DNA from: Auanema rhodensis
Lineage: Eukaryota > Animalia > Nematoda
Direction: 5' to 3'
DNA: 64,000 nucleotides
NCBI GenBank assembly: GCA_964057225.1
Contig: OZ059900.1
Coordinates: 24,800,001 to 24,864,000, forward strand
Below the pieces are notes generated by a model. It was given only the letters and a program-made list of their open reading frames with translations. It searched no databases and was not told where the DNA came from. Below are positions 55,301 through 64,000 of this stretch, one piece after another; positions within the stretch are counted from its first letter, which is position 1, and each line of letters begins with the position of its first letter. Position numbers and translations under genes: made by a program.

Positions 55301-58300
55301 ATTTCCAAAAACTGGTTTTCCAGCATAATAAAATATTTCTCATGGGAAATACTTTGTTTTTGTATTTTTCTAGTGTTCAGCATGTAAAATGCTTCATTTT
55401 AGTATGTAACACGCTGAAATTCGTTGCATTTGACGACTCATATGAACAAAAATCGATTTAATCAATATTAGCCATAAGGGGCGTGCCCTCAGAATATGCT
55501 AATTTCCTTAATTTTTTAACCACTGTTTTTTTGTCGTGAAAGTGGAACTAGACGTTGTACGAACAATTTTGAGCTAGGTTTCATTGACATTGCATGAGTT
55601 TGAACACATGAAATCGTAAGTCAAAACCTTGTTTACAGCGAAATTTCCAAAAACTGGTTTTCCAGCATAATAAAATATTTCTCATGGGAAATACTGTGTT
55701 TTTGTATTCTTCTAGTGTTCAGCATGTAAAATGCTTCATTTTAGTATGTAACACGCTGAAATTCGTTGCATTTGACGACTCATATGAACAAAAATCGATT
55801 TAATCAATATTAGCCATAAGGGGCGTGCCCTCAGAATATGCTAATTTCCTTAATTTTCTAACCCCTTTTTTTTTGTCGTGAAAGTGGAACTAGACGTTGT
55901 ACAAACAATTTTGAGCTAGGTTTTATTGACATTGCATGAGTTTGAACACATGAAATCGTAAGTCAAAACCTTGTTTAGAGCGAAATTTCCAAAAACTGGT
56001 TTTCCAGCATAATAAAATATTTCTCATGGGAAATACTGTGTTTTTGTATTTTTCTAGTGTTCAGCATGTAAAATGATTCATTTTAGTATGTAACACGCTG
56101 AAATTCGTTGCATTTGACGACTCATATGAACAAAAATCGATTTAATCAATATTAGCCATAAGGGGCGTGCCCTCAGAATATGCTAATTTCCTTAATTTTC
56201 TAACCCCTTTTTTTTTGTCGTGAAAGTGGAACTAGACGTTGTACAAACAATTTTGAGCTAGGTTTCATTGACATTGCACGAGTTTGAACACATGAAATCG
56301 TAAGTCAAAACCTTGTTTACAACGAAATTTCCAAAAACTGGTTTTCCAGCATAATAAAATATTTCTCATGGGAAAAACTGTGTTTTTGTATTTTTCTAGT
56401 GTTCAGCATGTAAAATGCTTCATTTTAGTATGTAACACGCTGAAATTCGTTGCATTTGACTACTCATATGAACAAAAATCGATTTAATCAATATTAGCCA
56501 TAAGGGGCGTGCCCTCAGAATATGCTAATTTCCTTAATTTTCTAACACCCTGTTTTTTTGTCGTGAAAGAGGAACTAGACGTTGTACAAACAATTTTGAG
56601 CTAGGTTTCATTGACATTGCATGAGTTTGAACACATGAAATCGTAAGTCAAAACCTTGTTTACAGCGAAATTTCCAAAAACTGGTTTTCCAGCATAATAA
56701 AATATTTCTCATGAGAAATACTGTGTTTTTGTATTTTTCTAGTGTTCAGCATGTAAAATGCTTCATTTTAGTATGTAACACGCTGAAATTCGTGGCATTT
56801 GACGACTCATATGAACAAAAATCGATTTAATCAATATTAGCCATAAGGGGCGTGCCCTCAGAATATGCTAATTCCCTTAATTTTCTAACCCCTGTTTTTT
56901 TGTCGTGGAAGTGGAACTAGACGTTGTACGAACAATTTTGAGCTAGGTTTCATTGACATTGCATGAGTTTGAACACATGAAATCGTAAGTCAAAACCTTA
57001 TTTACAGCGAAATTTCCAAAAACTGGTTTTCCAGCATAATAAAATATTTCTCATGGGAAATACTTTGTTTTTGTATTTTTCTAGTGTTCAGCATGTAAAA
57101 TGCTTCATTTTAGTATGTAACACGCTGAAATTCGTTGCATTTGACGACTCATATGAACAAAAATCGATTTAATCAATATTAGCCATAAGGGGCGTGCCCT
57201 CAGAATATGCTAATTTCCTTAATTTTTTAACCACTGTTTTTTTGTCGTGAAAGTGGAACTAGACGTTGTACGAACAATTTTGAGCTAGGTTTCATTGACA
57301 TTGCATGAGTTTGAACACATGAAATCGTAAGTCAAAACCTTGTTTACAGCGAAATTTCCAAAAACTGGTTTTCCAGCATAATAAAATATTTCTCATGGGA
57401 AATACTGTGTTTTTGTATTTTTCTAGTGTTCAGCATGTAAAATGCTTCATTTTAGTATGTAACACGCTGAAATTCGTTGCATTTGACGACTCATATGAAC
57501 AAAAATCGATTTAATCAATATTAGCCATAAGGGGCGTGCCCTCAGAATATGCTAATTTCCTTAATTTTCTAACCCCTTTTTTTTTGTCGTGAAAGTGGAA
57601 CTAGACGTTGTACAAACAATTTTGAGCTAGGTTTTATTGACATTGCATGAGTTTGAACACATGAAATCGTAAGTCAAAACCTTGTTTAGAGCGAAATTTC
57701 CAAAAACTGGTTTTCCAGCATAATAAAATATTTCTCATGGGAAATACTGTGTTTTTGTATTTTTCTAGTGTTCAGCATGTAAAATGATTCATTTTAGTAT
57801 GTAACACGCTGAAATTCGTTGCATTTGACGACTCATATGAACAAAAATCGATTTAATCAATATTAGCCATAAGGGGCGTGCCCTCAGAATATGCTAATTT
57901 CCTTAATTTTCTAACCCCTGTTTTTTTGTCGTGAAAGTGGAACTAGACGTTGTACGAACAATTTTGAGCTAGGTTTCATTGACATTGCATGAGTTTGAAC
58001 ACATGAAATCGTAAGTCAAAACCTTGTTTACAGCGAAATTTCCAAAAACTGGTTTTCCAGCATAATAAAATATTTCTCATGGGAAATACTGTGTTTTTGT
58101 ATTTTTCTAGTGTTCAGCATGTAAAATGGTTCATTTTAGTGTATGTAACACGCTGAAATTCGTTGCATTTGACGACTCATATGAACAAAAATCGATTTAA
58201 TCAATATTAGCCATAAGGGGCGTGCCCTCAGAATATGCTAATTTCCTTAATTTTCTAACCCCTGTTTTTTTGTCGTGAAAGTGGAACTAGACGTTGTACG

Positions 58301-59930
58301 AACAATTTTGAGCTAGGTTTCATTGACATTGCATGAGTTTGAACACATGAAATCGTAAGTCAAAACCTTGTTTACAGCGAAATTTCCAAAAACTGGTTTT
58401 CCAGCATAATAAAATATTTCTCATGGGAAATACTGTGTTTTTGTATTTTTCTAGTGTTCAGCATGTAAAATACTTCATTTAAGTATGTAACACGCTGAAA
58501 TTCGTTGCATTTGACGACTCATATGAACAAAAATCGATTTAATCAATATTAGCCATAAGGGGCGTGCCCTCAGAATATGCTAATTTCCTAAATTTTCTAA
58601 CCCCTGTTTTTTTGTCGTGAAAGTGGAACTAGACGTTGTACGAACAATTTTGAGCTAGGTTTCATTGACATTGCATGAGTTTGAACACATGAAATCGTAT
58701 ATCAAACCTTGTTTACAGCGAAATTTCCAAAAACTGGTTTTCCAGCATAATAAAATATTTCTCATGGGAAATACTGTGTTTTTGTATTTTTCTAGTGTTC
58801 AGCATGTAAAATGCTTCATTTTAGTATGTAACACGCTGAAATTCGTTGCATTTGACTACTCATATGAACAAAAATCGATTTAATCAATATTAGCCATAAG
58901 GGGCGTGCCCTCAGAATATGCTAATTTCCTTAATTTTCTAACCCCTGTTTTTTTGTCGTGAAAGTGGAACTAGACGTTGTACAAACAATTTTGAGCTAGG
59001 TTTCATTGACATTGCATGAGTTTGAACACATGAAATCGTAAGTCAAAACCTTGTTTACAGCGAAATTTCCAAAAACTGGTTTTCCAGCATAATAAAATAT
59101 TTCTCATGAGAAAAACTGTGTTTTTGTATTTTTCTAGTGTTCAGCATGTAAAATGCTTCATTTTAGTATGTAACACGCTGAAATTCGTTGCATTTGACGA
59201 CTCATATGAACAAAAATCGATTTAATCAATATTAGCCATAAGGGGCGTGCCCTCAGAATATGCTAATTTCCTTAATTTTCTAACCCCTGTTTTTTTTGTC
59301 GTGAAAGTGGAACTAGACGTTGTACAAACAATTTTGAGCTAGGTTTCATTGACATTGCATGAGTTTGAACACATGAAATCGTAAGTCAAAACCTTGTTTA
59401 CAGCGAAATTTCCAAAAACTGGTTTTCCAGCATAATAAAATATTTCTCATGAGAAATACTGTGTTTTTGTATTTTTCTAGTGTTCAGCATGTAAAATGCC
59501 TCATTTTAGTATGTAACACGCTGAAATTCGTTGCATTTGACTACTCATATGAACAAAAATCGATTTAATCAATATTAGCCATAAGGGGCGTGCCCTCAGA
59601 ATATGCTATTTTCCTTAATTTTCTAACCCCTGTTTTTTTGTCGTGAAAGTGGAACTAGACGTTGTACAAACAATTTTGAGCTAGGTTTCATTGACATTGC
59701 ATGAGTTTGAACACATGAAATCGTAAGTCAAAACCTTGTTTACAGCGAAATTTCCAAAAACTGGTTTTCCAGCATAATAAAATATTTCTCATGAGAAAAA
59801 CTGTGTTTTTGTATTTTTCTAGTGTTCAGCATGTAAAATGCTTCATTTTAGTATGTAACACGCTGAAATTCGTTGCATTTGACGACTCATATGAACAAAA
59901 ATCGATTTAATCAATATTAGCCATAAGGGG
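49330..59930. repeat. Non-adjacent block duplication: ~49330-52400 copied at ~56860-59930 (offset 7529, 22 monomers)
   Basis: ACCACT variant at 49701/57230, ORF haplotype at 51136/58665 and ATTCCC at 49342/56871. The T8 tract and GAGAAAAA variants occur in the same order in both blocks. Confidence 0.8.
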
Positions 59931-62900
59931 CGTGCCCTCAGAATATGCTAATTTCCTTAATTTTCTAACCCCTGTTTTTTTGTCGTGAAAGTGGAACTAG
60001 ACGTTGTACGAACAATTTTGAGCTAGGTTTCATTGACATTGCATGAGTTTGAACACATGAAATCGTAAGTCAAAACCTTGTTTACAGCGAAATTTCCAAA
60101 AACTGGTTTTCCAGCATAATAAAATATTTCTCATGGGAAATACTGTGTTTTTGTATTTTTCTAGTGTTCAGCATGTAAAATGGTTCATTTTAGTGTATGT
60201 AACACGCTGAAATTCGTTGCATTTGACGACTCATATGAACAAAAATCGATTTAATCAATATTAGCCATAAGGGGCGTGCCCTCAGAATATGCTAATTTCC
60301 TTAATTTTCTAACCCCTGTTTTTTTGTCGTGAAAGTGGAACTAGACGTTGTACGAACAATTTTGAGCTAGGTTTCATTGACATTGCATGAGTTTGAACAC
60401 ATGAAATCGTAAGTCAAAACCTTGTTTACAGCGAAATTTCCAAAAACTGGTTTTCCAGCATAATAAAATATTTCTCATGGGAAATACTGTGTTTTTGTAT
60501 TTTTCTAGTGTTCAGCATGTAAAATACTTCATTTAAGTATGTAACACGCTGAAATTCGTTGCATTTGACGACTCATATGAACAAAAATCGATTTAATCAA
60601 TATTAGCCATAAGGGGCGTGCCCTCAGAATATGCTAATTTCCTAAATTTTCTAACCCCTGTTTTTTTGTCGTGAAAGTGGAACTAGACGTTGTACGAACA
60701 ATTTTGAGCTAGGTTTCATTGACATTGCATGAGTTTGAACACATGAAATCGTATATCAAACCTTGTTTACAGCGAAATTTCCAAAAACTGGTTTTCCAGC
60801 ATAATAAAATATTTCTCATGGGAAATACTGTGTTTTTGTATTTTTCTAGTGTTCAGCATGTAAAATGCTTCATTTTAGTATGTAACACGCTGAAATTCGT
60901 TGCATTTGACTACTCATATGAACAAAAATCGATTTAATCAATATTAGCCATAAGGGGCGTGCCCTCAGAATATGCTAATTTCCTTAATTTTCTAACCCCT
61001 GTTTTTTTTGTCGTGAAAGTGGAACTAGACGTTGTACAAACAATTTTGAGCTAGGTTTCATTGACATTGCATGAGTTTGAACACATGAAATCGTAAGTCA
61101 AAACCTTGTTTACAGCGAAATTTCCAAAAACTGGTTTTCCAGCATAATAAAATATTTCTCATGAGAAATACTGTGTTTTTGTATTTTTCTAGTGTTCAGC
61201 ATGTAAAATGCCTCATTTTAGTATGTAACACGCTGAAATTCGTTGCATTTGACGACTCATATGAACAAAAATCGATTTAATCAATATTAGCCATAAGGGG
61301 CGTGCCCTCAGAATATGCTAATTTCCTTAATTTTCTAACACCCTGTTTTTTTGTCGTGAAAGAGGAACTAGACGTTGTACAAACAATTTTGAGCTAGGTT
61401 TCATTGACATTGCATGAGTTTGAACACATGAAATCGTAAGTCAAAACCTTGTTTACAACGAAATTTCCAAAAACTGGTTTTCCAGCATAATAAAATATTT
61501 CTCATGAGAAATACTGTGTTTTTGTATTTTTCTAGTGTTCAGCATGTAAAATGCTTCATTTTAGTATGTAACACGCTGAAATTCGTGGCATTTGACGACT
61601 CATATGAACAAAAATCGATTTAATCAATATTAGCCATAAGGGGCGTGCCCTCAGAATATGCTAATTTCCTTAATTTTCTAACACCCTGTTTTTTTGTCGT
61701 GAAAGAGGAACTAGACGTTGTACAAACAATTTTGAGCTAGGTTTCATTGACATTGCATGAGTTTGAACACATGAAATCGTAAGTCAAAACCTTGTTTACA
61801 ACGAAATTTCCAAAAACTGGTTTTCCAGCATAATAAAATATTTCTCATGAGAAATACTGTGTTTTTGTATTTTTCTAGTGTTCAGCATGTAAAATGCCTC
61901 ATTTTAGTATGTAACACGCTGAAATTCGTTGCATTTGACGACTCATATGAACAAAAATCGATTTAATCAATATTAGCCATAAGGGGCGTGCCCTCAGAAT
62001 ATGCTAATTTCCTTAATTTTCTAACACCCTGTTTTTTTGTCGTGAAAGAGGAACTAGACGTTGTACAAACAATTTTGAGCTAGGTTTCATTGACATTGCA
62101 TGAGTTTGAACACATGAAATCGTAAGTCAAAACCTTGTTTACAACGAAATTTCCAAAAACTGGTTTTCCAGCATAATAAAATATTTCTCATGAGAAATAC
62201 TGTGTTTTTGTATTTTTCTAGTGTTCAGCATGTAAAATGCTTCATTTTAGTATGTAACACGCTGAAATTCGTGGCATTTGACGACTCATATGAACAAAAA
62301 TCGATTTAATCAATATTAGCCATAAGGAGCGTGCCCTCAGAATATGCTAATTTCCTTAATTTTCTAACCCCTGTTTTTTTGTCGTGAAAGTGGAACTAGA
62401 CGTTGTACAAACAATTTTGAGCTAGGTTTCATTAACATTGCATGAGTTTGAACACATGAAATCGTAAGTCAAAACCTTGTTTACAGCGAACTTTCCAAAA
62501 ACTGGTTTTCCAGCATAATAAAATATTTCTCATGGGAAAAACTGTGTTTTTGTATTTTTCTAGTGTTCAGCATGTAAAATGCTTCATTTTAGTATGTAAC
62601 ACGCTGAAATTCGTTGCATTTGACTACTCATATGAACAAAAATCGATTTAATCAATATTAGCCATAAGGGGCGTGCCCTCAGAATATGCTAATTTCCTTA
62701 ATTTTCTAACACCCTGTTTTTTTGTCGTGAAAGAGGAACTAGACGTTGTACAAACAATTTTGAGCTAGGTTTCATTGACATTGCATGAGTTTGAACACAT
62801 GAAATCGTAAGTCAAAACCTTGTTTACAGCGAAATTTCCAAAAACTGGTTTTCCAGCATAATAAAATATTTCTCATGAGAAATACTGTGTTTTTGTATTT

Positions 62901-64000
62901 TTCTAGTGTTCAGCATGTAAAATGCTTCATTTTAGTATGTAACACGCTGAAATTCGTGGCATTTGACGACTCATATGAACAAAAATCGATTTAATCAATA
63001 TTAGCCATAAGGAGCGTGCCCTCAGAATATGCTAATTTCCTTAATTTTCTAACCCCTGTTTTTTTGTCGTGAAAGAGGAACTAGACGTTGTACAAACAAT
63101 TTTGAGCTAGGTTTCATTGACATTGCATGAGTTTGAACACATGAAATCGTAAGTCAAAACCTTGTTTACAGCGAAATTTCCAAAAACTGGTTTTCCAGCA
63201 TAATAAAATATTTCTCATGAGAAATACTGTGTTTTTGTATTTTTCTAGTGTTCAGCATGTAAAATGCTTCATTTTAGTATGTAACACGCTGAAATTCGTG
63301 GCATTTGACGACTCATATGAACAAAAATCGATTTAATCAATATTAGCCATAAGGAGCGTGCCCTCAGAATATGCTAATTTCCTTAATTTTCTAACCCCTG
63401 TTTTTTTGTCGTGAAAGTGGAACTAGACGTTGTACAAACAATTTTGAGCTAGGTTTCATTGACATTGCATGAGTTTGAACACATGAAATCGTAAGTCAAA
63501 ACCTTGTTTACAGCGAAATTTCCAAAAACTGGTTTTCCAGCATAATAAAATATTTCTCATGGGAAAAACTGTGTTTTTGTATTTTTCTAGTGTTCAGCAT
63601 GTAAAATGCTTCATTTTAGTATGTAACACGCTGAAATTCGTTGCATTTGACTACTCATATGAACAAAAATCGATTTAATCAATATTAGCCATAAGGGGCG
63701 TGCCCTCAGAATATGCTAATTTCCTTAATTTTCTAACACCCTGTTTTTTTGTCGTGAAAGAGGAACTAGACGTTGTACAAACAATTTTGAGCTAGGTTTC
63801 ATTGACATTGCATGAGTTTGAACACATGAAATCGTAAGTCAAAACCTTGTTTACAGCGAAATTTCCAAAAACTGGTTTTCCAGCATAATAAAATATTTCT
63901 CATGAGAAATACTGTGTTTTTGTATTTTTCTAGTGTTCAGCATGTAAAATGCTTCATTTTAGTATGTAACACGCTGAAATTCGTGGCATTTGACGACTCA

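Larger units (their letters stand above)
1..64000. repeat. Satellite DNA array, ~342-bp monomer, ~187 head-to-tail copies, extends beyond both window edges
   Basis: The consensus CATTTTAGTATGTAACACGCTGAAATTCGTTGCATTTGACGACTCATATGAACAAAAATCGATTTAATCAATATTAGCCATAAGGGGCGTGCCCTCAGAATATGCTAATTTCCTTAATTTTCTAACCCCTGTTTTTTTGTCGTGAAAGTGGAACTAGACGTTGTACGAACAATTTTGAGCTAGGTTTCATTGACATTGCATGAGTTTGAACACATGAAATCGTAAGTCAAAACCTTGTTTACAGCGAAATTTCCAAAAACTGGTTTTCCAGCATAATAAAATATTTCTCATGGGAAATACTGTGTTTTTGTATTTTTCTAGTGTTCAGCATGTAAAATGCTT (342 bp) recurs throughout. Copies differ by only a few substitutions or small indels. ORF-track spacings are near-multiples of 342 (341, 1709, 1713, 2049, 2392, 3418, 3420). Confidence 0.99.

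Noticed and set aside
1561-60937. 14 copies of a 72-aa ORF as a multicopy gene family
   Set aside because: They lie wholly inside satellite monomers, start at TTG, have no recognisable domain, and exist only because one haplotype lost a stop. The other ~170 monomers are closed.
1-64000. CRISPR or other repeat-spacer array
   Set aside because: There are no unique spacers; the whole 342 bp repeats. No cas or other genes are present.
1-64000. Transposon/MITE insertion or strand inversion within the array
   Set aside because: No non-satellite sequence, terminal inverted repeats with target-site duplications, or reverse-oriented monomers were seen.

Overview
The whole 64-kb window is one uninterrupted head-to-tail tandem array of a ~342-bp AT-rich monomer (~34% GC by hand count, ~187 copies, all in one orientation). 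This is eukaryotic-type satellite DNA, plausibly centromeric or pericentromeric. I see no real genes, RNA genes, transposon insertions, inversions or CRISPR spacers. The 14 near-identical 72-aa 'ORFs' are a by-product of one monomer haplotype that loses a TAA. I found no new gene-encoded system. The informative structure is of three kinds. (i) Monomers carry many dyad symmetries, including an 18-bp perfect palindrome and a ~43-bp hairpin with a hypervariable loop. (ii) There are hints of an ancestral ~170-bp dimer. (iii) Shared diagnostic variants record recent block duplications (offsets of 5, 6, 7, 9, 18, 22 and 88 monomers) and a layered domain structure, in which the two ends of the window resemble each other more than the middle. 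Offsets were measured by hand from rare shared variants, so block boundaries are approximate.
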